Shown: positions 26,101 through 38,865 of the stretch, piece after piece | Position numbering within the stretch: position 1 is the stretch's first letter | Layout of the letters: each line of letters begins with the position of its first letter | Origin: Octopus bimaculoides | Taxonomy: Eukaryota | Reading direction: 5' to 3' | DNA length: 47,690 nt | NCBI RefSeq assembly: GCF_001194135.2 | Contig: NC_068991.1 | Location: forward strand, 69,954,912 to 70,002,601 | The notes under the pieces: model-generated | Told to the model about the DNA's origin: nothing | The model's database searches: none | What the model saw: the letters and a program-made list of their open reading frames with translations, nothing else | Program-made: the position numbers and the translations under genes

Positions 26101-27370
26101 ACAGAGAAAGGAAGGTATTGTAAACAGAAAGGAGAGAATGCGAAAAAAGGAATTATAGAAAAATATCAATAAAATAACACCAAAAAAAGAGAAAAGTAGA
26201 GAAAGAAAGAAAAGGAAGAAAGGAATTATGAATCTAATGCATAATGGGTCAAAGAGAAAAAAAATGGTTTTAGATTTGGGAGGAATTTATTGAAAGAAAG
26301 AGAAGGGTTGGGGAAATAAGCAGAAAAATGGGAGTTCAGCAAGGCATTGAGAAGTATGTTAAACTGATTGACATGGCGAGAGGTAGTCAGAGGCAGAAAG
26401 ATAAGAAAGTGAGGTAGGGGCACGAAGGAGGTGAGAGAGGTTGTAAGATGATTTAGAGAGGGTGAGAGGGAGGAATGAAAGAGAAGGAAGTTGAGGGTGT
26501 GAGAGGGTGAGAGAGGAAATAAAAATGCAGAGGGTAGAATGAAATATGGTGGGGAGGAAGGAGGAGGAAGGGGGAGGGAAATATTTGAAGGAAAGGAGAG
26601 AGTGAGAGGGTGAGGAAGTGAAAAAGAGGGGGAGAGGGGAGGTTAAGAGCATGACACAATCAAACGCCCAGGCAAGGATAGAGGAAAATGGAGACGGGGG
26701 AAGGGATAGAAAGTGAGATATATAGAGTGAGAGAGTGGGTGGGAGGGGGAGAGAGAGAGGGAGAGAGAGATAGAGAGGAGGATAGAGAGAGACAGACAGG
26801 CAGACTGAGAAAGGAAGGTGTGTAGTGGAAAGGACAATGTCAGATGAAGGAGGATAGACATCCATAGACATGTATAGAGAGAGGTGGGTGAATGAGCGAA
26901 GTTGAGAGAGGAATAGGGAGAGGTATAGAAGCTAAAAGCGGGAGAGTGACACAAGGAGAGAGAAAGACAGAGAGAGAGAGATACCATGACACACTCAAAC
27001 GGCCAGAGGAGTAGTGAGAGAATGTGAGAGAGAGAAAAAAAGAAAGAGAGACAAAATGTGAGTATAAGACAAGGAGCATGACACTGTCAGACGCTTAGAC
27101 AACGGGGTGGTGAGACAAATAGAGACAGGTACAAGTACAGAGAAATAAAGAGAGGTGGAGAAAGAGCGGGAAGAGTGATAGAGACACAGGAAGGACAGAC
27201 AGATTAACACAGCGAAGGTGTAGGGTGGGAGAGATGAAGCCGTGGTGGGTGGGGCATGAATGTGAAGTAGGAATGTAAAAGTCCGTCAGAGAAATATTAA
27301 ATACAAAAATGGTGTGATGAGAAGAAGAAGGATGTGAGATTGTCTGGTAGAAGGAAGGTTGGATGAGAAA
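26100..27370. repeat. About 1.3-kb purine-rich (GA) low-complexity tract
   Basis: Strong A+G bias on the + strand. Pyrimidine-rich counterparts at about 30300-31400 and 32340-32900. Confidence 0.85.
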
Positions 27371-27592
27371 GAATTGGATTTATAGAAAAATAAATGAAAC
27401 GACATAAAAGGGTAATTTTCATGTGGCAACGAACAATGTTTCACTGACGCAGTTGAAGTTCGATTTACAAGTGAAGATGATTTAAAGAAAACTTCAAGTG
27501 AAACCGAATGGCTTTACTGAAGCTGGCATGGAGATATCGGTGGGCCCTGGTATTTCTATTGTCTTTCAACTAGTCCGTGCAATTGCATGTAT

Positions 27593-27627
<35 letters not shown>

Positions 27628-27687
27628 GGAGATATAGAGACAGAGTGTGTGTGTGTGTGTATGTGTGTTTGCGTATGAATCTATGCT

Positions 27688-27997
27688 GCTGGCACTCCGT
27701 CGCTTACGACGACGTCGAGGGTTCCAGTTGATCCGATCAACGGAACAGCCTGCTCGTGAAATTAACGTGCAAGTGGCTGAGCATTCCACAGACACGTGTA
27801 CCCTTAACGTAGTTCTCGGGGATATTCAGCGTGACACAGAGTGTGACAAGGCTGGCCCTTTGAATTACAGGCACAACAGAAACAGGAAGTAAGAGTGAGA
27901 GTAAGTTGTGGTGAAAGAGTACAGCAGGTTTCGCCACCATCCCCTGCCGGAGCCTCGTGAAGCTTTATGTGGTTTTGCTCAATAAACACTCACGATG
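27688..27997 (-). mobile_element. SINE family C; head lost in the gap
   Basis: Colinear with 19628-19930. Confidence 0.9.
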
Positions 27998-28924
27998 NNN
28001 NNNNNNNNNNNNNNNNNNNNNNNNNNNNNNNNNNNNNNNNNNNNNNNNNNNNNNNNNNNNNNNNNNNNNNNNNNNNNNNNNNNNNNNNNNNNNNNNNNNN
28101 NNNNNNNNNNNNNNNNNNNNNNNNNNNNNNNNNNNNNNNNNNNNNNNNNNNNNNNNNNNNNNNNNNNNNNNNNNNNNNNNNNNNNNNNNNNNNNNNNNNN
28201 NNNNNNNNNNNNNNNNNNNNNNNNNNNNNNNNNNNNNNNNNNNNNNNNNNNNNNNNNNNNNNNNNNNNNNNNNNNNNNNNNNNNNNNNNNNNNNNNNNNN
28301 NNNNNNNNNNNNNNNNNNNNNNNNNNNNNNNNNNNNNNNNNNNNNNNNNNNNNNNNNNNNNNNNNNNNNNNNNNNNNNNNNNNNNNNNNNNNNNNNNNNN
28401 NNNNNNNNNNNNNNNNNNNNNNNNNNNNNNNNNNNNNNNNNNNNNNNNNNNNNNNNNTATATGCATGTGCGGGTGTTTGTAGGTTTATGTGACATGGTAC
28501 ATGCGTGGGGGGCATCTAGAAGTCAAGGTTAGTTTACGACAGCGTACATGTGTTTCAGCGATGCTTCTTACGTGCCCATATTTTGCACATATGGATGCAT
28601 TTACATAGATGCAATGAATGTCTACGCAATTACTAAATGTCAGTGATGAAATATCAACTAAAAAGGTCAACAATATTTGCCTTCAGCAACAAAGTCTATG
28701 TGAAAAATACATCCCAAGAACAAAACAATGTTCGCTAAAGACGTTAATATCACCCAACTATTTTACTGTGTCACAGCTCAATAAACAAACTGGTATATAC
28801 CACTTTAATGCAACAAATACGGGAAGCATTAGTACACACCTGTTAACTGTACACAAATGACATGTAAAATATATAACGCAAAACATATTATGTTACCAAA
28901 TACTTAATAATCGAAAATATGGCC

Positions 28925-29400
28925 CGTATATTGCTTCCATCTCGAACAGAGATTTTCTAACAGACTAGTTTCCTAGTTACAAAATCACTGATTGTATGAC
29001 GTTGTGTTTTCTATATATTGCAAGTGAGGTTAGACTCCTGCAATGCCTGGCAAACCAGTGCCTACCACCGAAGAGATCCAATTAGATCGCAATCACGTGG
29101 TCTGGTGGCCTCGAAGCTAGAGTGGCAGGAGTTATCTCCCACTTAAAGTAAATATCGAGTGCGGAAATCGCACTGTATAAACCAGCTGCAGGAGATATCT
29201 TCCTGGAGTTAAAAAAGCGATATTGTCGTCCCTTGGATAATGCCCACATTAAAGTGTCGATAAACACTACCATTTTGTTCGTATAATGCTTGTACCTCGA
29301 ACAGAAATTTTCTAATTGACTAGTTTCCTAGTTACGTAATCAGTGAGTGTACGACACTGTATCTTCTATATAATGCAAGGAAGGTTAAGCTATTGCCATC
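28925..29400. repeat. About 110-bp direct repeat with 355-bp period
   Basis: CTCGAACAGA(G/A)ATTTTCTAA..GACTAGTTTCCTAGTTAC..TCTATATA(T/A)TGCAAG, anchored at 28943 and 29298. Confidence 0.8.
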
Positions 29401-29504
29401 CCAATAGCTTCTTAAAAATCTGTTACGTCTCAAGCTCCTGCTATTTAGCGCCTTCGAATGATCTCTACTCAACCGCTACACAACTGCTACTCGACTGCTA
29501 CTCA

Positions 29505-29705
29505 ACACTCGTACCACGGCCAGACTACCTCTATTTATATGTCTTGGAAGATCCTACTTCTTCGCCTGAGGGTGTCGACACAACAAAATCCAGACGTCAT
29601 TCTACAAACATTATTACTGATACAGATTTTGCAGACTCTATAGATCCTATTTACAATAATATCAAAGCTCAACTACTAATTCACAAAAGTTGAGGAAGCT
29701 GCAAT
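29505..29705 (+). pseudogene. Decayed non-LTR (LINE) reverse transcriptase fragment, probably RTE/RTEX-like
   Basis: In frame: TLVP..YLYLYVLED..KSRRHSTNIITDTDFADSI..AQLLIH. This parallels the LINE RT region (QGD)TLAPYLF..LD / RSRRYP..ITDxDYADDI, with the catalytic YADD decayed to FADS. Confidence 0.7.
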
Positions 29706-29825
29706 GGGTGAAGTCGATTTTGCCTTTCATCCTTTTGGAGGAAACAAGTACTAGCTCAGATCTTGGGTCAATCTGATCGCCGAACCTCCTCCCCACAATT
29801 TCAGACCTTGTGCTTATTGTAAAAG
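29706..29825 (+). mobile_element. SINE family B fragment
   Basis: GAAGTCGATTTTGCCTTTCATCCTTTTGG..AATTTCAGACCTTGTGC matches the centre and tail of 14796-15008. Confidence 0.7.
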
Positions 29826-30074
29826 TTTTCTATGTCATTGTCGATAAAAATTGAGTTGATGGTTTTCAGTCAAGCAAGACGATATATTTTGTCATAAAAG
29901 CGTATAAATTCGAAATACTGAAATGGTTCTAGATATCTAAGCTTAGGAATGGAAATTTCAATAGAGAGTAAAATTCAATTTGAATTTTTTTCATACACAC
30001 TCACGCACACGCTCACAGGAATATGTATATAGATGCAGCTTTATATGTTTATCTAGCTTTATATTCTGCATCTA

Positions 30075-30098
30075 GATAGATAGATAGATAGGCAGCCT

Positions 30099-30129
<31 letters not shown>

Positions 30130-30135
30130 TAGATA
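30075..30135. repeat. (GATA)n microsatellite
   Basis: Direct reading. Confidence 0.9.
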
Positions 30136-31462
30136 GATGAATGTATGTATATGTCACTGTGTGAGTGTGTGTGGCTATATATGTATTTGTGTGTATATGC
30201 TCTCTTCCCAATCTCACACTTTTCATTCCACCTGCTCCAACTTTATTCCCGATGTGTATTTAACGTATACACCCTCAACTTCAATTGCCATTTCCTTCGT
30301 GACCTTCATCTGCTCCGATTTCAAATTTTTTGTAATCACCCACCACCACCACCACCACCACTATCATCATCATCATCATCCATTCTCTTGCTTCTTCCCC
30401 CCCCCCTCCATAATCCTTCCTCTCGCTCCTTCTTGCTCGACTGTGTGTCTCCTTACTCTTACTATTGTTATTTTGTGTTATCATCTCTCGTAACCTGCAT
30501 CGTCATTATGATAATCATCATCATCATCAATATGACCACCACTTCTACCATCATCTACGGAATCAACATCAACATCATCATCATCATCGTCGTCATCATC
30601 ATCACCGTCACAATCAATACAGTCATCGCCAGTACCACCACTACAACTGCAAAACCACTCCCCTAGTCATGGCAGCCATCTTAACACTATTATCGCCGCC
30701 ATCATTAACAGAACTACCAACACCATCACCATTATCTCTATTGATGTTACTATTTCTCCCATACGAAAATTATATTCTAATTGTATTACTTTTTTTTTTC
30801 TGGTTTGGTCGGGGGGGGGCGGGTAGGAAGGCGGTCCCTTTGTTTTTCATATTTCTTCTTCTTTCATATTTTCACCACCTCCATACACCCACACAACATT
30901 CACTATTTCACTTTCTGCTCCCTACCATTTTTTCCGTCTCACTCCCTTGTCCCTTATACCTTCCCTCTTTCCATTGTCCCCACCTTTCACCTTCTAACTC
31001 CGACTTCCCTTTCTTCTCTCACACGGACATATTTTTTTAGTGGGGGAGGGCTTTTCTTCCATCCCTCTCCGCCATCCCCATCTTAAACCCATTCACGCGT
31101 CTTTCTCTTCCTTTCAAAGCTCTAACCCCTTTTTCTCTCTCATTTCTCTCACTTATTACATCTGCACTGACGCTGCCCCCTTCTGTTTTTATCATTTTTT
31201 TTTTCAAATATTCCCAGTATTTCTTCTTCAATCCTTCATCAAAACACACCATTCTTCTCATCGTTGTTTCCTTCAACATATTTCTTTTAAAATTTGTCGC
31301 ATCCCCTATTTTTCGCCCTTTTCCTCTCATCACATTATTTGCCCCATATCTCTGTCCCTGTCTGTCTATCTGTCGCTCTTTCTCTTTCATCCTGCACATA
31401 CACACACACACACGTATATATATGTATATTTATATGGATTTAAAAATATACATACATACATA

Positions 31463-31496
<34 letters not shown>

Positions 31497-31941
31497 NNNN
31501 NNNNNNNNNNNNNNNNNNNNNNNNNNNNNNNNNNNNNNNNNNNNNNNNNNNNNNNNNNNNNNNNNNNNNNNNNNNNNNNNNNNNNNNNNNNNNNNNNNNN
31601 NNNNNNNNNNNNNNNNNNNNNNNNNNNNNNNNNNNNNNNNNNNNNNNNNNNNNNNNNNNNNNNNNNNNNNNNNNNNNNNNNNNNNNNNNNNNNNNNNNNN
31701 NNNNNNNNNNNNNNNNNNNNNNNNNNNNNNNNNNNNNNNNNNNNNNNNNNNNNNNNNNNNNNNNNNNNNNNNNNNNNNNNNNNNNNNNNNNNNNNNNNNN
31801 NNNNNNNNNNNNNNNNNNNNNNNNNNNNNNNNNNNNNNNNNNNNNNNNNNNNNNNNNNNNNNNNNNNNNNNNNNNNNNNNNNNNNNNNNNNNNNNNNNNN
31901 NNNNNNNNNNNNNNNNNNNNNNNNNNNNNNNNNNNNNNNNN

Positions 31942-32300
31942 AAGTGTCTTCTACTATAGCATCGTGCCGACCAAAGCCTTGTGAGTAAATTTGGTAGACG
32001 GAAACTGAAAGAAGCCCGTCGTATATTTATATATATTTGTGTGTGTGTGTGTGTGTGTGCGTGTGTGTAAGCGTTTTTGTTATTTGTGTCTGTTTGTCCC
32101 ACCCCGCCATCGCTTCACAACCGATGTTAGTATGTTTACGTCCCCGTAACTTAGCGGTTCGGCAAAAGGAATCCGATAGAATAAGTACTAGGTTTACAAT
32201 GAATAGGTCCTGGGATCGATTTGCTCGACTAAAGGCGGTACTCCAGCATGGCCGCAGTCAAGTGACTGAAACACGTAAAAGAATAAAAGAATAAAAGAAT
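31942..32300 (+). mobile_element. SINE family A; head lost in the gap
   Basis: Colinear with 18585-18906. Confidence 0.9.
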
Positions 32301-32661
32301 ATATATAAAAACACATTCAATCATCCTTCTTTATTATTTAACTTCTATCCTCCCATTCTAAGTCTCCCTCTTTCTCACGCTTTTCTTCCATCTTCTTCAT
32401 GTCGTTTATAGTAGCGCCTTTCATTCTTATTCCCCCCCCCTATCTATTTACCTTATTCATTCACAACACTTAATCACCCTCTCTCTCTTTCTCTCTCTTT
32501 TCCTCTCTATCTCTCTCTCGCTCTCTCTGCTTTTGCACCAATCTCTTTAATTTCATATATCTACACCCTCATCTTTTTCTTTCTATCAATCAATCTATCT
32601 ATCTATCCATCTTCTTCACTCTGTCTCTGTTTGTGTCTCTTTCTTTCTGTCTGTCTCTGTT

Positions 32662-32704
<43 letters not shown>

Positions 32705-34166
32705 NNNNNNNNNNTTCAATCAAGCTAAATACACACACACACACACGCGCACACACGCTACAACAACAGCAACTACAACACCAACACACACACGTGCTCT
32801 TCTTTTTCTCTCTCTGTCTCTCCCCATCTCTCCCCTTTCATTTCAGTTCTAATTCTTTCAATCTGTTTTTATCTCTCCCTAGAAACTTCCCCCCCCCACA
32901 CACACACACACACACTTAAAACCACGCTTACTTCCTCCCTACTTCTCCCTCCGTTTTATGATGTTTTTGTTTTCTGTTTTGTTGTTGCTCTTCACCCCTT
33001 CCCTCCTCGTCTTCTTTCCCAATGTAATTAAGTTAATTTCTAATATGTTCTCAAGGAGAACACGATTCCAGCTTCTGGTCAGTAATTTTCGGTAGATTCC
33101 ATAATGAAAGTATCGACGGCAAAGAGAGATATGAGAGAGGGATGTACTCATGCACTGGTGTATTATAGAACGGTGAGGCACATTGTGGTTCATAGAGAGT
33201 ATTTATTCGTGTGCATGTGTGTATTTATTAGTGTGTGTGTGTATGTATGTTAAGATGCTGTGTGTTGGGCAAGGGTGATGTGCTGGGCTGGAGGAACCAA
33301 AGTCAAGGTGAATTGACTGCTGATTAGGACAGAAGTAGCAGGTAAAGGTACAGAAGGGCGTTTCACTACTTTATAACTTGCTACTCTTCAATGGAACTGA
33401 ACCGAATTACACAAGAAACATCTGTAATGAAATCAACGAAGCGAAGGAAGAAAAGAAAATGCGAAACACTTGAAAATAAAGAAAAAAAGAAAGCAGCAAC
33501 AACAACAAAACAGAGCTTCACATTCTGCTGTTTTCCACCCGTCATTTATCACCCCCCCACCCACAAAAAATATATAATAATTATAAAACAATATTGTTCA
33601 AATATAAATTCAATAAAATTTACAGAAATATTTCAATAAAATGAAATAAATTTTCCTCAGATGAAATATTAAAAACAAAACCGGTAGCTAGAACCGCAAT
33701 ATACTGAATATATGAAAATATATTTGTAACGCCCTATTTACTTACATTCTGAAACAAACGTAAGCTATGATTCATTTATGCATACGCACACGACTTCCCT
33801 ATTAGCTCACCTCATTAAAATATTATATACGATATGTATACAGGATTCTGGGTGTTTATATATGCATACACATATACTTGCAAATATATATATATATATA
33901 TATGTGTGTATGTATGTATGTATATGTATAAAGTAGACGATAAGGGAACAAACGATTATCTTATGTACTTCATTAGCTTGCAGCTGTCTTCCCTATAAGA
34001 TGCGGGGTACCCAGACTTGAGTATTTGAGTAATAACTATTGAGTTCTACACCGGGTTATTTGTGCCGCAATACCTAAGCGAAATCTATATATTTAAGCTC
34101 TAAACAATTTTTAGGGCGATCAAAATTTTTGCCATATTTTAATAATGGAACTCTTCAAATATATAA

Positions 34167-34198
<32 letters not shown>

Positions 34199-34292
34199 NN
34201 NNNNNNNNNNNNNNNNNNNNNNNNNNNNNNNNNNNNNNNNNNNNNNNNNNNNNNNNNNNNNNNNNNNNNNNNNNNNNNNNNNNNNNNNNNNN

Positions 34293-34341
<49 letters not shown>

Positions 34342-34357
34342 TTCATTTTCTAATTCT

Positions 34358-34775
34358 ACCTGTTCCAGTCATTCGACAACGGCCATGCTGGGGCACTGCC
34401 TTGCAGAATTTTAATCGAACTTTTCAACCCTAGGACTGTTTTTTCTTTTTTTTTTTTGTCGTAAAGCGTAGTACTTATTCTATTGGACTTTAACCGAACC
34501 GCTAAGTTACAGAGATGTAAACATCCAACACCAGCTGCTAATTTGTGGTTGTGGAGAAACACATTCAGATAGACACTCACGCACACACACAGACATACAG
34601 AGTGGGTGTATATCGTGAATGGAAACTGAAAGAAGGCCCGCGTACATATATATAAACAAGGCTTCTGTCAGCCCGAGGCTATTGTTGAAAACACCTTTCC
34701 AGGGTGTCACAGAGTGGAACTGAACCCTGAGCCATGTGGTTGGGAATTATGCTTGCTGCCACATGGCCACGTCTA
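34358..34775 (-). mobile_element. Older family-A-like SINE with an internal micro-inversion of about 55 bp
   Basis: Flanks are in minus orientation; 34600-34654 reads in plus orientation. Confidence 0.75.
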
Positions 34776-34960
34776 CAGAGACACCCAAAATACATACAAG
34801 AACCTACAGATATATATTTATAAAGTCCATGCACTTAGTTAGATTCTAGTTTGTATCTACTTTAAATAAATAGTTATAGAAGAAGAAGAAGGTAGCGGGC
34901 AATTGATACTATCACTAGCAGAATTCGAACACCGTGTCTCTCTTTCTCTCTTTGTATGCA

Positions 34961-35183
34961 TTGCCCACAAGGAGCTGCACACTGAGAGGACAAACAAGGA
35001 CAGACAAACGGATTAAGTCGATTATATCGACCCCAGTGCGTAACTGGCACTTATTTAATCGAACTCGAAAGAATAAAAGGCAAATTCGACCTCGGCGGAA
35101 TTTGAACTCAGAACGTAGTGGCAGACGAAATACCGCTAAGTATTTCGCCCGGCGTGGTAACGTTTCTGCCAGCTCGCCGCCTT
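34961..35183 (-). mobile_element. SINE family B (variant tail)
   Basis: Minus-strand head GGCGGCGAGCTGGCAGAAACG..GAGTTCAAATTCC; centre matches 14796-15008. Confidence 0.88.
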
Positions 35184-35199
35184 GTATGAATATTCTTTT

Positions 35200-35532
35200 C
35201 TTTTAGTCTTTTGTTTTTGTTTCAGTCATTTGACTGCGGCCGTGCTGGGGCACCGCCTTTAGTCGAGCAAATCGATCCCAGGAATTATTCTTTTTAAGCC
35301 TAGTACTTATCCTGTCGGTTGTCAAGCGATGGTGGGAGGACAAATATATACACACGCACACACACACACGCACATATATATATATGTATATACGAAGGGC
35401 TTCTTTCAGTTTCCGTTTAGTAAATCCACTCACAAGGATTCGGTCTGCCCGAGTTTACAGTAGAAGACACTTGCCAAAGGTTCCACGCAGTGGAATTGAA
35501 CCCGGAACCAAGCTACTTACCACACAGCCACA
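35200..35532 (-). mobile_element. SINE family A with internal deletions
   Basis: Colinear with 3500-3890. Confidence 0.88.
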
Positions 35533-36040
35533 GCACATATCGTCTGAACTCACATATACACAGGACTTTGAGCCCATGTGGAATGCCTGTATAAAATATA
35601 ATCTAGAAACATTAACTACTGTGTTAATTATATTATTCGCCAAGTCCTTTTAACTCAACCGATATAAGCTCACAAACAATTATAAACATGTTTCAATAGA
35701 TATCCGTATGCGCAACACACATAAACATCGTCAGGCTTACAGTGACGTATATAGATACGTGGCGTGTAAGCGCGCGTTTACGTAGAGACGCACGTGTGTA
35801 TGTTTAAATAATCCATCAGACACGGAAGGCGCATGAATACGATTCACAGCATCACGTGTTCTATTGTGAATTTGTAGTTTCATTGAGTGAAATCGAGAAT
35901 CCATTAGCAATTTTGTAAATGTAATTTCTTGGTGTCATTGAAGATACAACTATTCATTTTCCCGCTTGAAGTAAACAAAAAAATAAAGAACGAAACAAAT
36001 TACAAAAAAAGAACATAAATGTAATCATGGGTATATACAG

Positions 36041-36079
<39 letters not shown>

Positions 36080-36874
36080 CGTGTGTGTATGTGTATGTAT
36101 GTATATATACATATATATATGCACAGATTATGTGAGTTATATGCTTTTACAATGTCGTGCACTGGTGTATGTTTTGTCACATTTCGTTTTAAGGAAAAAA
36201 AAATATGCTTAAGTGGAATGTATATGGATGCGTCTGGCCATCGGCACTTGTATGTACTAGACATGCATTGACGTACGGTGACGAAATTGAACTCACTGAA
36301 ATATGTGTGGGGGGTGCTGTTGGTGTGGCATAAAGCCATGAATATATATATATATATCATATATGTCTATAAGTAAGCATTTGAGTGTATGTTTTCGTTT
36401 TGTGGTATGTAGATATATCTAGCCTGTAAATGTCTACTGAAGTTATTATATTAAAGCAAATTTAAGCTACCAATATAACATCTACTGATTATGGCACTCA
36501 ATATTGTGATTAGAGTTCCACTGTCAAATATGTATGTATGTATGCATGTATGTACGTGTGTGTACACATATTAACTGACTCATAAAGCAGCAGACATTTG
36601 AACATCATTATCATCTTATAGAATTTCACTGAATGCATCATCTTCTCTTTGCAGGTGCATTTTTCTGCAAATGCCCCAATATCTAACTTTCAGAATTACT
36701 TATTTTCCAAGCATGGATATTAAACCTTCGACATCGTATAGTTTAAATTTGCTTTTCATGTATAAATTCAGAATACACAGATTATATACTTACATACATA
36801 AAGGCAGATACATACGTACATGCATATATGTGAAGATATGTGCACACGCACACACACACAACACACACACACAC

Positions 36875-36914
<40 letters not shown>

Positions 36915-36999
36915 TATATATANNNNNNNNNNNNNNNNNNNNNNNNNNNNNNNNNNNNNNNNNNNNNNNATATATATATATATATATATATATACAAAA

Positions 37000-37225
37000 T
37001 GGCGCTCCATCGGTTACGACGAGGGTTCCAGTTAATCCACGGAACAGCTTGCGCGTGAAATTAACGTGCAAGTGGCTGAGCAATCCACAGACACGTGTAC
37101 CTTTAATCTAGTTCACAGAGAGATTCAGCGTGACACAGAATGTGACAAATCTGGCCCCTCTAAATTACAAGTAATACTCATTTTTGCCTGCTGAGTGAGC
37201 GCGATCAAGCTGAAATAAAGTGTGT
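37000..37225 (-). mobile_element. SINE fragment combining the family-C tail with a family-D-like upstream domain
   Basis: 37000-37165 matches the C tail. CTCATTTTTGCCTGCTGAGTG..GAAATAAAGT resembles D (CTCATTTCTACAGCTGAGTG..AAAATAAAGT, about 4977-5020). Confidence 0.6.
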
Positions 37226-37227
37226 AT

Positions 37228-37365
37228 ACCCCGTAACTTAGTGATTCGTCAAAAGTAACCGATAGAATAAGTCCTGGGGTCGATTTTTTCGACTAACCCT
37301 CATTAAGGTGGTGCTCCAGCATGGCCGCCGCAGTCAAGTGACTGAAAACAAAATCAAAAGTATAA
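37228..37365 (+). mobile_element. SINE family A, 3' fragment
   Basis: CCCCGTAACTTAG..CCGATAGAATAAG..GGTGCTCCAGCATGGCC. Confidence 0.85.
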
Positions 37366-37711
37366 AAATATGTGTATATATTCTCTCTGTCTGTATATAT
37401 ATCTCCTGAGAAATGAGCTCACTGAGACACGTCTTAAGCGAGCTAACCGATCGAATCATCTCCGCTGCTTATGTGTTTAAGACTAGAACTTACTCTATCT
37501 CGTACACTTCGCTGAACAGCTAAGTCTTGTTGAGATAAACTACCAACATGTGTTCCCAATATGTACGAAACAGACGTAAACATGAAGACGTACATACACA
37601 CACATATACGCACACACACACATAAACATATTCTAACCACACGTGTTTGTGTGCGTGTGTGTATATATGAGTGTGTGTGTGTGTGTGTGCGCGCTTGCCT
37701 GTGTATACATG

Positions 37712-37920
37712 TTTACTCTTTTACTTGTTTTAGACATTTGACTGCGGCCATGCTGGAGCACCGCCTTTAGTCGAGCAAATCGACCCCAGGATTTATTCTT
37801 TGTAAGCCTAGTACTTATTCTATTGGTCTCTTTTGCCGAACCGCTAAGTTACGGGGACGCAAACACACCAGGATCGGTTGTCAAGCAATGTTGGGGGACA
37901 AACACAGACACACAAACATA
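37712..37920 (-). mobile_element. SINE family A, 3' half (5' part in the gap)
   Basis: Colinear with 3500-3700. Confidence 0.9.
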
Positions 37921-37925
37921 CACAG

Positions 37926-37956
<31 letters not shown>

Positions 37957-38591
37957 NNNNNNNNNNNNNNNNNNNNNNNNNNNNNNNNNNNNNNNNNNNN
38001 NNNNNNNNNNNNNNNNNNNNNNNNNNNNNNNNNNNNNNNNNNNNNNNNNNNNNNNNNNNNNNNNNNNNNNNNNNNNNNNNNNNNNNNNNNNNNNNNNNNN
38101 NNNNNNNNNNNNNNNNNNNNNNNNNNNNNNNNNNNNNNNNNNNNNNNNNNNNNNNNNNNNNNNNNNNNNNNNNNNNNNNNNNNNNNNNNNNNNNNNNNNN
38201 NNNNNNNNNNNNNNNNNNNNNNNNNNNNNNNNNNNNNNNNNNNNNNNNNNNNNNNNNNNNNNNNNNNNNNNNNNNNNNNNNNNNNNNNNNNNNNNNNNNN
38301 NNNNNNNNNNNNNNNNNNNNNNNNNNNNNNNNNNNNNNNNNNNNNNNNNNNNNNNNNNNNNNNNNNNNNNNNNNNNNNNNNNNNNNNNNNNNNNNNNNNN
38401 NNNNNNNNNNNNNNNNNNNNNNNNNNNNNNNNNNNNNNNNNNNNNNNNNNNNNNNNNNNNNNNNNNNNNNNNNNNNNNNNNNNNNNNNNNNNNNNNNNNN
38501 NNNNNNNNNNNNNNNNNNNNNNNNNNNNNNNNNNNNNNNNNNNNNNNNNNNNNNNNNNNNNNNNNNNNNNNNNNNNNNNNNNNNNNNNNNN

Positions 38592-38865
38592 AAATTAACG
38601 TGCAAGTGGCTGAGCACTCCACAGACACCCTTAACGTAGTTCTCGGGGATATTCAGCGTGACACAGTGTGACAAGGCTGGCCTTTTGGAATACAGGTGCA
38701 ACAGAAACAGGAAGAAAGAGTGAGAGAAAGTTGTGGTGAAAGAGTACAACAGGGTTCGCCACCATCCCCTACCGGAGCATCGTGGAGCTTTAGGTGTTTT
38801 CGCTCAATAAACACTCACAACGCCCGGTCTGGGAAAACCCTAACCACTGGGACATTGCGCCTCCA
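38592..38865 (-). mobile_element. SINE family C with a deletion in the head
   Basis: Colinear with 19700-20010. Confidence 0.88.

Noticed and set aside
35670-35740. Minus-strand CTGACGA...GAAACATGTT, an HHR-like core with an ACATGT palindrome
   Set aside because: No adjacent stem I partner and no closing stem II pairs; could be chance.
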